Assembly (NCBI RefSeq): GCF_026571515.1
Contig: NW_026862826.1
Span: forward strand, 1-64,000
Direction: 5' to 3'
Length of the DNA: 64,000 nt
DNA from: Ruditapes philippinarum
Taxonomy: Eukaryota
In this document: in pieces, positions 11,701 through 26,515 of the stretch
Layout of the letters: every line of letters starts with the position of its first letter
Position numbering within the stretch: position 1 is the stretch's first letter
The notes under the pieces: generated by a model
Told to the model about the DNA's origin: nothing
The model's input: the letters and a program-made list of their open reading frames with translations, nothing else
The model's database searches: none
Translations under genes and position numbers: made by a program

Positions 11701-14700
11701 AAAGATATACGAATCAATACCATTTTTAAGAGCGTCAGAAATTTTTTTTCCACCGCAGCTCTAATCTGTTGAAGCGATTGAATAGCCATTACAGTTGCTC
11801 GGTCTGACTTGTTTGTTTCGTGTGTTTATAAATTTATTTGTAATTGCTTTCAAAGATGTTTCCAAAAACCTGATATATAGAAGTCTCGTGTTAAAATTAT
11901 TTCTTTTTTAATTTTTCCTTCACAAACAAAATAGCATTTTTAATTTCCCAAAAAAATAACATTTTCCAAAATTTAAAGCTTTTTTTATTTTAAAAAAAGA
12001 AGCAAATATTTAAACCCATTGGCAAAGCAATGATATGTATTATTAACATTATTTTTGCTACTTTAAATGAGAATTTTTCCCTTTTCATTCGGATTATAAA
12101 AATTTAAAACAAATAAAAAATGAAAAAATAAATTGAAAATTTTTAAAATTTTAAAGGGAAAATTTTGTTTACCCCTTTTAGACAAGGGCAAAATTTCAGA
12201 GGAAAAAGGTAAAAAAAAGGGATCACATTTTTGGGAGAAAGAGAAATTAAAAAAAAATTGGGATTTGTAAAAATTTAAAATTTATTTTAAAAAGGGAAAG
12301 GGAAAAGAAATTTTACAGACAAATTTTTTTTTGTTCCGGGAAGGCCCGCCCCCCTTTTCAACCCCCAAAGGGAAAATAAAATTTTTTAAAAAAGCCCCCC
12401 TTATTTGACTAAAAAATTTGGAAAAAAATTTGGAAAAACCTAAAATTTTTTTTAGAACTTAAAAAACTAATAAAATTTCAGAATAAAACCCATTTAAGGG
12501 TTATTAAAATAAACCCAATTTTTTTGCTATTTAAAAACTTGGGGCGGGTAGCATATAAACCTTGGGCCATTTTAAAGTTTTTTCTTTGGGTTTTGGAATA
12601 AACAACCCATTTTTTTTAAACTTTTATTTAAAGGGAATGTTTTTTTTTTGGGATTTTTATTTTAAAAATAAATTTTAAGGAAAAATATAAAAAAGGGTTT
12701 ATGAAGTTAAAAACATATTTATTTAAAATATTGATTTCTTAACATTTATAAAGTGGGTTTGGGAAAAGAGAAAAAATAAATAAAAAAGAAAAAAAAATTT
12801 TTATAAATTATTTTAAAAATAGTAATTTTTATTTCCCGTCCGGGGGATACCAATGTTTTCTCTAAAATGCTTTTAAAAATTTTCCAGATACAAATAAAAT
12901 TGATTCAAATTAATGAGGTTTTGTTTTAAGTAAACATGTTTTTCAAAATAAAAAAATAATTTGGGGTTAAATTTTGTCAAAAACTAAAAAATTTTTTTTC
13001 CCCCAAGTGGTTTAACCGGAAAATTAAAGGGGAAAAAGAATCACGGGGAAAAAAAAGTGGGGTTTTTAAAATTTCTAAAGACGGGGATTGGCCCAAAATA
13101 AAAATAAAAGGTTTTTTTTTAAGGATCCCAAAAAATTAATGGTTTTTTTTTTTTTTATTTTTTTATAAAATTTTAAATTACTTGAATCATTTCAAAAATT
13201 TTTTCCCCAATTTTTGGTAAAATTTGGGTAATAAATAAAGTTTTTCCAATCTTTCTTTATTAAAAAAATTTTCAATTTTTTTTAAAATTAAAAATTTTAG
13301 TTTATAAATTTTTTTGAAAAAAAATAAAAATTAAAAAAATTATTTTTTTGTTTTGAAAATTTTTGATATTACGAGTCTGAAATAATTATAAACAATCGGT
13401 TAAATGATTGACTGTTCAAGAAAATAGTCTAGTGAAATAATATTATATTTGACGGGATGCGTAATTATGTTATTGTACTCTGTATTCCCATTTGTGACTT
13501 ATTTTGTTTTATCCATGTAAAAGAGCCACATAGTCCCTTTTGGAATACTTCCATAACATTTTCTGTCATGTCAAAGTGCAGATATAAACCTTATCTAAAA
13601 ACCCTTAAACTTCGCGGTATGAATTCTTTTCTACCAAGGGAAAAGGTGAAAACAAAATTTAATGTTATTGTTCATATGACATCAATATTTCTATAGGGTA
13701 TCCGTTTACCGCATTGTCTATCAGTTAGCTAATTAATCCAATTTATGTTGCAAATGTCTTGATTGGTTTCTTATTAATCGGCTTAATCGTTTAAGTATTG
13801 GTATAGTCTTCTTTATTCGGTATATGCTGAATTCGACACTTGATTCCTGCTTAAAGTTAACTTTTTGAACCCACTAGGGCCTTTTTTCTTTGAATAAGAA
13901 CTACAGAAGGTGCTTAATTAAGTCAATGGACTTGCAATAAACAATGCAGACATCACACTGGGAGTAATTAACAAAATAAATGTCGTTTCCCAAAAGGACT
14001 TCAGCTTTTTATGCAATAATATGTTTCAAATCCAAGCGTGTCTACTTCATAAACTTGTCATAATAACAATAAAATTACAACTTTCGTTCCTAAATCTTAA
14101 TTATGCAGAATCACATTTCAAATAACAAACATAAGGGAATAACATTTGTTTAAGCTATTTTTCAAGGAATCTGTACTAATGATTGCCGTGAGAGAGATAA
14201 AATGTATTTGTGCAAAATATGATTTAATTTGTTCTATCATTTGTTATACGCTGGAGTTCAATAAAGCAGACTTGATTCAATAAGACAATTTTATGTTATT
14301 ATTTTATATGGTATGTATATTGTTAGTGTATTCTTTGTCTTATTTACAACACTGATTTGATAAATAAGACGCTTTAAAGTCACATAGTCAGTATGAGTAC
14401 AATGGTGCATTTTATCTAAATTCCCAGTTTTTCACATTCACAATGTTTTTATGTATGCGTTCGTTTGTACTGAGTAATTGTGTACAATTCTGTCATGAAA
14501 CCATTGAAAATTAGCGATTGCCAACTATAATGGTACCCAACCTTTGTTTTAAATTTTGGTATCCAATTTTTGTAGGCAAGCAGAGCAGGTATGAAGTTAT
14601 TTGCTTTTAATTTGTGTTGAGAAGCTTTCATGTATCAAAATGTGACAAACCATCAACGGAATAAATAACCTTGTAACATTTTGTACGATTCTCTGAGAGT

Positions 14701-16107
14701 GTACCAAATACTTTAAAATATATGGTTTTTGAAAATGCATTGGATAAGCATTTTCTTATAAACATTTTGATATGATATTATTTTGATATAATACCAATAT
14801 TCTTAGGCCTTATGCACTGCAACAGAGATTGTCAAATGATTTACAAATATACTCTTTCTACCAATCATTATATTTGGATTACAAAGCAATGAGGTTTTCA
14901 TTCTGTGTCATATAAAGAACTGAAGAACAATGTCCAAAAACCAGTTACATCGCACGCTTCTTCATTTATATTATACCATCGAGCATTAGGTTAGAATGTG
15001 GGTTGTTCATGACAATGGCCAATGACTAACGTGAACATTGACTGTAGAACAAAAATAATCTCGAGCCTACAGTAATCTCTATCAATTTGAAATAATATAT
15101 TTTAAGAAAGTATACACTCCTATTATAAATATTTAAGCATTAATACAGGCCTGAGATGAACGTTTGCGACCCACGCCAAAAAACCGTCATATTACAAACA
15201 TTACAAATTTTCTTCAAAAACAGAGTAAGCGGTCAATAACTTAGGAAATATGCCTAATGAAATGACGTTGCCATTTCATTGAATGCATATAAAATGTACA
15301 ATAATATTAATATAATCTTTCGTCAATATCATATAAAATTGGTTTATTATACTACATTGTACATTTATACATTGAAACTATGGCTGTATAAAACCATACG
15401 ATTAGAATTATATTAATTAATTTCAATATCTTGTTCTACTTCGGTGCATGATGTTTTGATCGTCAGTGATCTTATTAGAGTGTCACGCGATAGCATGCCA
15501 TCTACATTTCCAATTATGCAAGTTATACAAATCATTCAAGAGGATCACGCAATAGAACACTATTTCAATCCGTCCGGATATATTATGTTTTCAAATATTC
15601 TGTACTTCCATCTATTCCCAGACTAAGTTTAAACTTTACTTATGCATTAACTACTGTCTAGTCTTTTAAGGATGAGATATACAGCCGACTCTTGTTATCT
15701 CAAAGTTACCGGAAACGTCGAGCAAAGGCCGATATAACGAACGATCGAGATAAACGTATAAGTCGTGATAAGGGTTTAGACCAAACAGTAACAGATTTTT
15801 CAACATAAGGCTAATACATATCTATTATCTACGTCTGAAAAACGGAGAATGATCTATTTTTGTTTTGTTATCTGAAGGCTATTTGTTGGGAGGGAGGTTA
15901 TGGGGGTCCATCATCGTATAGTCTTAATGTGTCAAGATAAAACTGTCTTAATACACTACAAATATTAAAAAAACTGTTTTCTAACATTGTCCGATCTCAA
16001 GAGAGTTTTTACAAAGTATCGCATATTAAAGGTACATGAATTTTATCTGGTTTTTATAAATATTTTTAAATATATTTCTTTTAAACATACAAACAAATAT
16101 TCTAATT

Positions 16108-16370
16108 TTGTTTGTTTAATTGTTTGATTTGGTTAAACGTCACACCGACACAGCGTATGGGGACGTTCCAGCTATAATAGTGGAGGAAGACCTCAGATGC
16201 CCTTCCGTTCGCGAACGGGCACCCGAGTAACACCACCGACGTTTCGTAAGCTAGCTGGATAGCTTTCTCACAAGAAAGAATCCAAAGTCCCTGTCGGGAT
16301 TCGAACCCACAGCGATGAGGGGCAAGTGGTTTGAAGTCAACGACCTTAACCACTCGGCCACGGACGCCCC
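16108..16370 (-). mobile_element. tRNA-derived SINE (V-SINE/RUDI-like family, tentative)
   Basis: Reverse strand shows A box TGGCCGAGTGG, B box GGTTCGAATCC, core GGTCTTCCTCCAC and an (AAAC)n-like tail. Same family as 31334-31608. Confidence 0.9.
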
Positions 16371-17557
16371 AAAAAATTCTTATTAATATACACACAATAA
16401 ATCTAATAAATTACAGAAGAAAATGTATATAAATACAAATTCTAATTAATATATAAGTATGTTCGGCTTTATACCCTTTTAAGATTTATCAAAATTACTT
16501 TCAGTCTTACAGATAAGGCAGGGCGGACAGGTGACGTTATTCAACCTCAAAGCGATTTAGGCATAAAAGAATGTCGTAATGCGTCGTAGACCTAACATAT
16601 TGTATTAAGCATTACATGTATGTCTGTTATGTTCATATCCATTGCATATTGTAATATTTTGACATATTCTCTTGCAGTTTAGATGAATCAAATTTCGTAA
16701 AAACAACATTGAATAACTGAAAAAGACGAAACATTTTATACTTGTATCAGCAAAACTCTTTATATTATCAATGCTTGTTTGGTGATGATGGAATTTTTGT
16801 CAAATCAATAAGTATCATATATAAAGTATAAGACAACAACATTGGATGTATAATGTGTTTTTAAAAAATACAAATTACATAATATAATTTTCTCTTTTAA
16901 AAATGATCTAAAGGTGTGAAAAGAGATTTTGATTTTGTTATACTTATTTATTGGTCTGAAGGCATATAAAGTAAATTAATCGAATTACGTTTTATGCCGC
17001 ACATCTGTCCCTTGTGGGGTCTGTCTCGAACACATGTCAGAGTGAAAGGTATAAACAGAATTCTGCATCGCAGAACATCTTATTATAAACAAACTTCTGA
17101 TCTGGAAAAAAGTCAATTGTTGCGTTTATGATTCCCTGTTGACATTTTAAGTTCTTGATTTTTCAGCTCTGTCGGCTAAATCGTAAACTGTGTTAAACAA
17201 TATCAATAAATGACTCTCTGATGAATAACGATAATGTTTGTCTTAGTTACATCGTAAAAAGTAGGATATAACTTTTTTACCTTTCGCTTAGGGAGCGGGG
17301 AAAATTAAATTACACATTTACACAATAGTTCCTGCAAACTTTTATTGTCCATAAAAGTATTTATTTTGATACAATAAAAAATGATGATAATTCCAATTTT
17401 ACTGTGCAATAGAATAATAAAGTTCGGTCGATCGTTAATGTGGTTTTATCAGCGCTCCCTGATCTATAAAGCAGCTTTTAGTATGTCATCAGGAGCGGGT
17501 CTTTGTATGCGTAACCAGCGTCAAACATCATATTTTTTACCATCTCTGATGTCCAAA

Positions 17558-17864
17558 CCCTTTCGCTGCCAGAGGTTTATTGTTTTATTGATCACCTATT
17601 TGCCAGAGGGTTTCTAAGAAAGTACTATATTATTAATTGATATAATTATCATAACTTGTTATTAGTATTATAAAAATTTTATATATTTCCAAATCTGCTA
17701 GTATAATAAAGATTATTGTCGATGGTATAATTATCTATATTTATTATTATTATTATTTTATTATTATTATTATTATTATTATAGAAACGGCAAAAGTCGT
17801 CCATATTGCAAATACGCCGGAAATATCAGGGACGGCATATGACGTCCCTATGGCAGTGAAAGGG
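17558..17864. mobile_element. piggyBac-like MITE containing an (ATT)n tract
   Basis: TIRs ccctttcgctgccagagg / cctatggcagtgaaaggg match 16/18, with CCC..GGG ends. TTAA on the right flank, degenerate CAAA on the left. Confidence 0.55.
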
Positions 17865-18789
17865 TTAAAATGAATAGTTTTGTGAATGTAAATGTTCAAA
17901 ATATTTCTGTTTACAAACAATAGTTTAAAATTTGATTCAGTTATCCATGGTATTACGGCATTATCCTAACAGACAATATGATTATTAGTCCTTTCCTATA
18001 GGTATACCTGTTACATAAGCAGTTCGCACTTATCAGTATAAATCTTAAATTTTCATGAATTACTATTAATAGCCAACTGTTTACGAAGATTCTTGTATAA
18101 TTCCTAATATAATTACTTTCAGTGTAATATACATTGTTTACCAAAATCGACTTATCATAAAAAAACCTTTCAAAAAAACCATTGATAGTTGTCGAATTAT
18201 TCTTACTTGCATACTTTGCCGCTCTAATTACAGAGTGTTGTAAGTTTGATTTTGGAAAAAAATGAGTATTTGGTATCAAAATGTTCACACTTTTTAGCTC
18301 TTCCTAATGGAAATAATTCCATCACTCTGGTTCTTACCTTTACCGATATATTGAAAGGGCCTGAATTCTGTATGTTCATCAATATATATAACCTGTCAAT
18401 TCTTTAAAATCGACTTTCTCAAAATGTTTGAAATATGACTTACATCATTATGAAATGAAAGTCTTGTGCAATTTCAAACTCTTTTTCACCTTTGTTTGAG
18501 ATAATGAACAGGGTTTAGAAGGGTTAAACTGAGTCGCTATATCAATGTGTCTTAGCAGACATTTGTCAAACTTTTATTAACCTCACAATCCTCTTGGTAA
18601 ATGAATTTGTTTCACTTTTCAAACACCATAAACTAGTCATCAATAAATCAACAAAGAGAATATGACAAAATGTCTGTGATTTCAATATATTTGAATGTTG
18701 CAATGACGCATAGCACTATATAAGCTTTGAATATTATTTTATTGCTACAAAACAAAGTTCAATACATTATCAAATTAAAGACAATTGAC

Positions 18790-19742
18790 TTTTATGCCCT
18801 AAAAGGCGGACTATAGTAATCGCACTGTCCGTCCGTCAGTCCGATAATCTTGTCCGCGCTTCATCTCCAAAACTCCAAGGGGATTTCAGTGATACTTCAC
18901 AAGATTGTTTGTCACCATGCCTTTTTGTGCATAGTATCTTGATGTTCCGCTTGAATGTTTGTGTATAGCTATGGCCCCTAAATGATCAATTTGAGTAAAA
19001 TAAGCTTGTCCGCGCTTCATCTCCAAACTTCAAAACCGCTACGGCAATTACAGTGAAACTTCACTGGATTGCTTGTCATCATGCCTAGTTGTGCATAGTT
19101 TCTTGATTTTTTTGTGCACAGTTATGGCCAAGTGGTCAATTTTTGAGTAAAATAAGCTTTTCCGCGCATAATCTCTAAAACTGCTGAGAGGGGGTAAGTG
19201 AAATTTTACAGAATTGTTTATCATTAAGCTTAGTTGTGCAAACTCTCTTGATTTTTTGGCACAGTTATAGCCCCTTAATGATCTATTTGTTAGTAACAAA
19301 AGCATGTCTGCGCTTCATCACCAAAACCGTTGATGATTCCTGTAAAACGTTACATGATTGTTTGTCACCAAGCCTAGCATCTTGATTTTTCAGTAAATTG
19401 CCTTTTTTATTTTTCATTCGCAAAACCACTTGGATGATTTCAGTGAACATTTGTAAAAATATGTTCATGGTGGCATTATTTTACAAGTCTGGTTGTGCAT
19501 TGTGTCATGATTTTGTGCATACTATTTTCCCACAAGTTATGGGCACTTGATGATTACTTTTTTAGAAAAATTTGTTTCAACTATTCCATATACACTTTTA
19601 AGGAGTTTCATTGATTTTTTTGAAATTATGTTTATCAAAGACGATCGGGGTGTATTACCGGTATATTGGCATATATTTCGGATTTTATGTCAAAGCTTCT
19701 CCTCTGAGACCTGACGTTACTTTTCAGTGACAGCTCTTGCTT
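18790..19742 (-). mobile_element. Helentron-associated (HINE-like) non-autonomous element with ~150-bp internal tandem repeats
   Basis: ttttatgccc start, (GTCC)n microsatellite, core tgtccgcgcttcatctc at ~18850 and ~19006 with degenerate copies at ~19158 and ~19305, and a gacagctcttg end. Confidence 0.7.
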
Positions 19743-19852
19743 GAATCCAAAGACAGAAACTTTAGAACAAATACTGACAGCTTGATGTTCTGTTTAATGT
19801 CGAAATCATCTTTCAACCACGTCTTTGCTAAATAACTGGATGTTTGTTCATT

Positions 19853-20054
19853 TTACTGAACAAATCTATATATCAATACAAGAAAGAAACCCAACGATCG
19901 ACTGACTGCACAGAACTTCAAAACTCGGAAGAAATGTTGACAAGAATGATAACAAGCTTTAGAAGTGTTTTCAAAGTCCGTATAAATTACACACCGAACT
20001 TTCTTGATAGAAATATTATCTGGCTCTTGTAGGGGATCCTTATTATATGAAACC
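19853..20054 (-). other. Candidate terminal coding exon or pseudo-exon (VSYNKDPLQEPDNISIKKVRC...FFLVLIYRFVQ*)
   Basis: Good acceptor tgtgctttcacag and 66 open codons with a hydrophobic end. No confident homology. Confidence 0.25.
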
Positions 20055-22157
20055 TGTGAAAGCACAGCAATTACTGTCAAGCATTTCAAGTTAAGGCATA
20101 AGACGTGTGATAAGTTCCAATCTAAACGCACTTAATTTTTACAACCTTCTCATTTTCATCTTCCAAATTCCTGTTTTATCTTAAACATTAAAAATCGTCA
20201 TTTATAAGAAATGCTTAAATATTCTGAACGGACTGTAAAACCTGTAGTATCATATATAATAATTGATTATTGAAATGGGTATTTTTTCAAATTTATAAAT
20301 AAATTTGAAAATTAATATCTCAAAACATGTCATGCCTTGTTGATTTTGGATGTGTTAAATATATGTGTGGGAGAAAAATTATTCATTGGAGTACGTATTT
20401 GAAGAAAGTTATGAAGAAATGTGTCAAAACAATTAGTATTTGTTTTTGTCAAATGCTCATATGATGCAGACTTTTCGCGACCTAGTTTTTTGTGCATTTT
20501 ATAGCTGTCATATTATTGCATATGCCGAACATATTCAAACTGGACCAATAGGTGACACAAGGTTTTGATTAACATTGTATTTTAACGAAAAAAAATACAG
20601 CTTATATATTTGTAGAAATAATCACCGCGCAAGTTAGGACCTACAGCATGTAGGCTCATTGTAACTTTATTCGTCGGGCGATATTAGTTCTAAATCGAGA
20701 GATATGCGTTTAATAAACATGGTAAAACGTGTCTGAAAGATATAAAAAAAGATAAAATGCTTCTGCAATAATTATTACAATGCAAAACAAAAAAAATCCA
20801 TGAAATTCCAAACATTGCCTATTAGCGTCCGTAATAACCAATGAATATATTAGTAAATTACAATTAATTTAATCAAACAGAACAAATTAAAGTCAGTGTT
20901 CAGACGATTAAGCTGTCTATCAATTAATGCAAAATTTATAATAAACTCGTAACATTCATTTGCAGATTCCAATAACTCCCTGCTCCGACAAAATAAATAA
21001 GTTTTTCAAACAACTGTATTACAAATAAAATAAATTAAGCCAACAAGAACTTAAAATGAACTTGATATTTATTATTCTATTGCACAAAATTACAGTGTCT
21101 ATAAAGTATGAAAATACTCACACTGTTTTTTTCTTTGATTTTTTCCGTGAATATTATTCTTTTAAGAACGTTTGACATGTATTTAACCGTGTTTATTTCA
21201 TCTATTTTCCTAACCTTTAATGATAATTAAGACAATTGAAATGACATCATTAAAATATATACATATTTGATTGTAAAAGTAAATGGCATAAGTTTTTTTT
21301 TTACTTTCGTTATGCATAATCTTTTTTATTATTAAAATATAATTGTTTGCATGTTTGCAAGCATCGATTCCTTAAAGGGGAAACACGGGTAAAATTTTCA
21401 TTTCTTAGTTGTGACCTTTTCATTCATTATTCTGTAAATGTCCTCAAAATTAAATTACTAGACTGTCGCAGAAACCAAACTGTTCTCATTATAAAGAATA
21501 TAATAGTGACCACTCGGTGATTCTTTCGGCGTCTAAATTTCGTTCAACATATTTAGATATATTCATGCTTAAACCCAAAATATATAGAAATTATGTGAAA
21601 GTCATGCTTGGACTTAAAAAAAAAGATGTCATATTAAAGTGATTTGAGTACAAAAAAAATCATTTTTAATATTTTTGTCATTAATTTGCCTGAGTATCCC
21701 TTGGAAGTATTTTTATAATATTTGTTGTTATCATATATTAACATTATGTGAATTTCTGCCCTTGGCACCATCCATCAATTCAAATAAAAACTTCTTAAAT
21801 AACCATTTATCGTCTGCAATAAATCTTTGACTGCTTCTCTTTAAAAGTCCAGACAAAGCCATGTAAAGTGCAAATAAGAAACGTGTTATTTAATTCTATC
21901 TAGTATCACTGCAACAATACATAAATTATATATTCTTCTAGATTTTCAACATTACATTCCAAGTAGATGACACACAGTTTGGTATATAAATGTTTTACAG
22001 ATTCACAGTAAGATGTCATAAGATACAACATGATCAATAAAACAATGGTTATATTATTTTTCTTGATGTTGGTTAAATACTAATTATATTGAATAAATTA
22101 TTTCAAAATGGTAAACAAATGAAAAAAGAACAACACGCGATATAAGAAATCATATAT

Positions 22158-22176
22158 TATTATTATAATTTTATTA

Positions 22177-22241
<65 letters not shown>
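22158..22241. repeat. (ATT)n microsatellite
   Basis: Direct reading of the sequence. Confidence 0.95.
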
Positions 22242-22719
22242 CATCAGCAGCATTAAAATGATACAAATAATTTTTTGTCAAAAGCAATATAATTAAGTGA
22301 AACTGTTTGCCAATCTTGATTATCTAAGCTGAAAATATCGAATCGAACATAATTGCAAAAACTTACTAAAATGTATTACAAAATTGATCTAGAACCTTGT
22401 GGTAATATTTCGTCATTTTATAAACTATCCCCTATTTTTTGAGTCATCAAACTTGTATATATTTCAGAAATAACAGGTTGAGAATAATAAGAATCATCCT
22501 CTGGAATACTGTCAACAAGGTTGATTTAAAACATTTGATTTATTGCTAATCTCTGACATGAAGTTCTACTTTCTCACCATTTGACAAATTACAATACTTA
22601 TGTGACATATTAATTTCATACATGGTAAAGTACATATTACAATATACTTTATTCCTCAATAATATGTTTTTATTCTAGATTTAAAGTATTGGCAAATTTG
22701 TAATCACAAAGTCTCAGAT

Positions 22720-22960
22720 ATGTCCTCTTTGTGGCTGAGGGATTGACTGTAAAGTTGAGGAATTGAAATTGCAGCCACCTTTTATCTCTGCGAGATCTAA
22801 AGGGGCGACTGTCTGGGTTTGATAACTTGACTCTATAAATTTCTTAGCTCCAGCAGGTGAGGTACTTTGTCCCTTTGTGTTGCAATCGACGTTACCCAAA
22901 ATATTTCCTTTTTCGGCGCTATATGACCCTTAATTGTGTTCCTGCGCCGTAAAAACAAAC
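22720..22960 (+). mobile_element. Old degenerate SINE
   Basis: 3' end atatgacccttaattgtgttcctgcgccgtaaaaacaaac resembles the tail of the other SINEs here; the head is degenerate. Confidence 0.45.
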
Positions 22961-23168
22961 CAGGCAAAAACTATCTGAAAATATCAACTAATTGAGAAAT
23001 AAAGGTTGTATCTTGTAATATATGTCTAAAAAAAGTCATGCATATAATTTTAAGGATTTTACAAGATCCGCGTGAACCATTCATAAAAATGAGTTAAAAA
23101 ATGATTCAACTCTAACGAGTCACATTCGATGTAATTGAGTGTGATATTGAACTATTTCACAGGATATA

Positions 23169-23912
23169 AGGCCGTGTCTACACCTATTCAAGTTTCTTAC
23201 ATGTCACATTTAGATAAGCTAAATAAACGGCCCTTTCAACATTTTTTCAGGCACAATTTTTACTGAAATGTCTCATTAAGATAGCCCAGGATTTATACCT
23301 TTGTCTTTGCAAGACTATCATGTTTCTGTAAAATATGTGAAAAGAAGCGGGGAAAATGATGCAATTAGCTAAAACATAATAGAGTAAATGCGTTCTTTCT
23401 TTTTTAAAATTGAAAAAATGTGACAAAAATTTATTTTGTTTGATGAAACTTATTCACTAAATGAACAAGATCATTTTAAATCCATTTTGACTCTACTTGA
23501 AAAAGAGCTCTTGTTTATTTTTTTACAATGTATTTATTTTTATTTATTTATTTTTTTTTGCTCTTCTGTGTATCAGCATATTGATTTGTTCCTTTGACCA
23601 AGACATTGTAATCATTAACTGAAATTCAAAGGACATGTACACTGAATCACAACAAAAAGTCAGAAAATAATAAAAATAACAGCACTATCAAACCTTCGGG
23701 CACATGTTTTGTGTCAAACCGGTGTTATCAGTGTCTTGACAGCCAAAAACTTGTAGAAAAATAGAACGTGTTCTAACTTTCTTGCAAGGAATTATCTTCT
23801 TGGATGTCACATAATTTCTCTTTAAAACTCATTCAAGTAGGGTGTCTACACTATCCAATACAAGAGAATATGATACTTGCATTCAAGACTTGGATAGGTG
23901 TAGACGGGCACT
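23169..23912. mobile_element. MITE with ~25-bp TIRs (PIF/Harbinger-like termini)
   Basis: Left aggccgtgtctacacctattcaagt, right acttggataggtgtagacgggcact; flanked by TA/TATA. Confidence 0.75.
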
Positions 23913-25477
23913 TATACAACATATGATTTTTTTTCTTTCTGTTTTTAGGATACATCTTGAATGTGAACACGTAATATAAGATTGTAAACTGAGACGCATG
24001 ATCTGGTTAACAACTAATTGTGTACAGAGTAAATACTTAATTCAAATACTAAATATCAGTGACCTCGGAATGCGAAATCGCCTGAAAAAGAGTACCTTGT
24101 AAATATAAATGTAAATATAATATCAAAAGATTACTCGGATTTCTGTAACATGCTTTTAATTGTATAATCTGGCAAATAAATATCTTGCAAATTCTTGCAA
24201 TCCTGCCATTTGCCATTTTAAATCATCATAAACCGCTACGAAAAGCGATACAATTGTCAAGCGTGTCTTTTATGAAAATCAAAATGACACTAAGCGTCTA
24301 TTCATCACGTTAGATAAATACAATTAAATACAAATTGAAAGTTTGCTCGTCACTAATTAGGATGAGCCGTACGAGCAACGACATATTTATGTTTTAATAT
24401 TCATGTTCTCAGTATATATGAGGAATCATTTCCACGTACCAGATCAAATTTGGATCATTATACTAGTTTTATTACATGTACTAGTTTTGTTTACAATAAA
24501 TTGGATAAAAATATTGTTTTCAAAGTGTTGAATAATTAAAAAAATACAATGTTATTTAAGTTTAATATACACTAATTTTATATTTCTGTAAGAAACAGTT
24601 TGATTGAAATTAGCTTTTCAAAGTTTACCTGAAGTTTAATGAAATATTATACAAATCATTGACGTATTTATCCATTATATCGTCCAAAATATTTGTCTTC
24701 AGAACGACTGAAGGTCAATATTTGGCATATATAATAAAACAAGAAATAAGAAAAAAGGGAAACACGCAAAATGAATATAGCTTGATTTAGACTTAGATAC
24801 TGTACAAGATGACATTATCAATTGAACAGAGTGAAAAAACTCGATGCTCAAGATTCTTTATTATAATATCAAATTTTAAGAACTTTTCCTAGGAGCATAT
24901 GTTATGTTTTTTTAATCAAATGGTAAATACTACTTTATATATATATATTCAAGATAATATATGAGTTAAATTTGCGAACTGTTATTTTAAACCTGTAATA
25001 TAAAAACATACATTATTTGCCGACTTTTGAAGTTGACAATCTCAAAAATTAAACAAGTTTTCATGCTCAGATTATTTCTTGTAACATTTCAAGTTTTATA
25101 TAAGGTCTTATGATTTATCCATCACAGTGTTTTAAAGTATGAGGTAATCCTCGTTCTATTCATACCGTTATATTGTATCATGTCACTCATCAGATACCAG
25201 ACAATTTATTAAGTAATAAGAACAAATAAGCTATAATTTTATCCCAGAAGATGGATCATACTTTGCCCTCACCTCCCTCTGAAACAGTTCTTTTTTCATA
25301 CCATGTTGTATGTGTGAAAAGTTAATTTGATTTATAGGATTCTTAATATCAGACTTATTGCGGGAATACTAATAAGATTCAATCATCACATTGTATCTTG
25401 TCATTTCATTGTTAAAGTACAGTACGTTAATACTAAATTCAGTGTATTGTTTTAGAATAGTTTCATTCTTCTTCAAA

Positions 25478-25556
25478 ATGCCACTTGGATTTGTTGAGAT
25501 ATTTTCTATGGCAATGGTGTTCCAGTGTGTGATAAGCCAAGCTAGTCATTCAGAAT
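25478..25556 (+). CDS. Candidate signal-peptide exon MPLGFVEIFSMAMVFQCVISQASHSE, possibly paralogous to 56880-56970
   Basis: Acceptor tgttttag ends 25455, aaaATG at 25478, phase-1 donor gttagt at 25557. Shares a VF-x-C-x-I pattern with the receptor signal exon. Confidence 0.45.
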
Positions 25557-26179
25557 GTTAGTTTATAAGAGCTTACATGTACTATGTTGTCAGAAAATAG
25601 AGAAAATTATGATCAAGCTAGTTTAGCTTATATATACGAGTAGCTGGATATTATAAAAGGACATTTCAGGCGTTTTAACTCGAGGAGAAAAGCACTTTAT
25701 TTGTACATCGTTTGGTAAGGAAAACGTTAAAAATCGAGTTTTAATAGCTTTCTGAGTCTATTAATTTAAACATTATTAATGTTTATGATCCAATCTATGC
25801 AATACTGGCATCTTGTTAAACGCTCAGCTGTTGAAAATGATTATAAAGTAGATAATGCATACAATTTTGTGTAAATATGCCCCGGGATAAGGATTTTGAG
25901 AAACACATTATTTCTGAGATCAACGGAAAGAAATTTTTTTATTGTTAATTTTTCGAGCATGAGATGTTTATATCGACTGGGTGGCTGTTAGTTTGCCATA
26001 AACATGTTTCATAAAATGCTACCACCGGTTTAATATTAATTATGTAAAGTTAAATACCAATATCGCGGGCAGATGTTTTCACGTATGTTTATGGCAAATG
26101 TTTTTCATTAATGATGTTTATCATTAGTAATTAAACGGTTCCTACATATACTATCACTTGTATATCAATATTGTTTCAG

Positions 26180-26251
26180 TTATAACACGTTCAAGGAAGA
26201 AATGTAGGTTATTCACCTCATACAACACATCATTTGGCATCTTTGAAAAAT
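26180..26251 (+). CDS. Candidate 72-nt phase 1-1 exon (F)ITRSRKKCRLFTSYNTSFGIFEK
   Basis: Acceptor ttgtttcag and donor gtatgt; open in the phase required by the 25478 exon. Confidence 0.35.
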
Positions 26252-26373
26252 GTATGTAATTAAGTTGACAATTGTCTGTTGTAACATCACGTTTACGAAA
26301 AAAAAAAGAAATATGTGCTTCATATGTAAAAGGTTTTATGTAAACCTAGGTTTCAGTACAAGCTACGTTTTTT

Positions 26374-26515
26374 GAAAAAAATCTTAAAATCGATGTACAT
26401 TACAAATTATAAACATGCTGTCTTTCGATTGCAAACTAACTAGAAAAAAAATCTTAAAATCGATGTACATTACAAATTATAAAAATGCTGTCTTTCGATT
26501 GCAAACTAACTAGAA
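26374..26515. repeat. Recent 70-bp tandem duplication
   Basis: aaaaaatcttaaaatcgatgtacattac...gcaaactaactag occurs twice with 1 mismatch. Confidence 0.95.

Noticed and set aside
16102-16395. 97-aa ORF and the similar 63-aa ORF at 31351-31542
   Set aside because: Both are translations of SINE copies.
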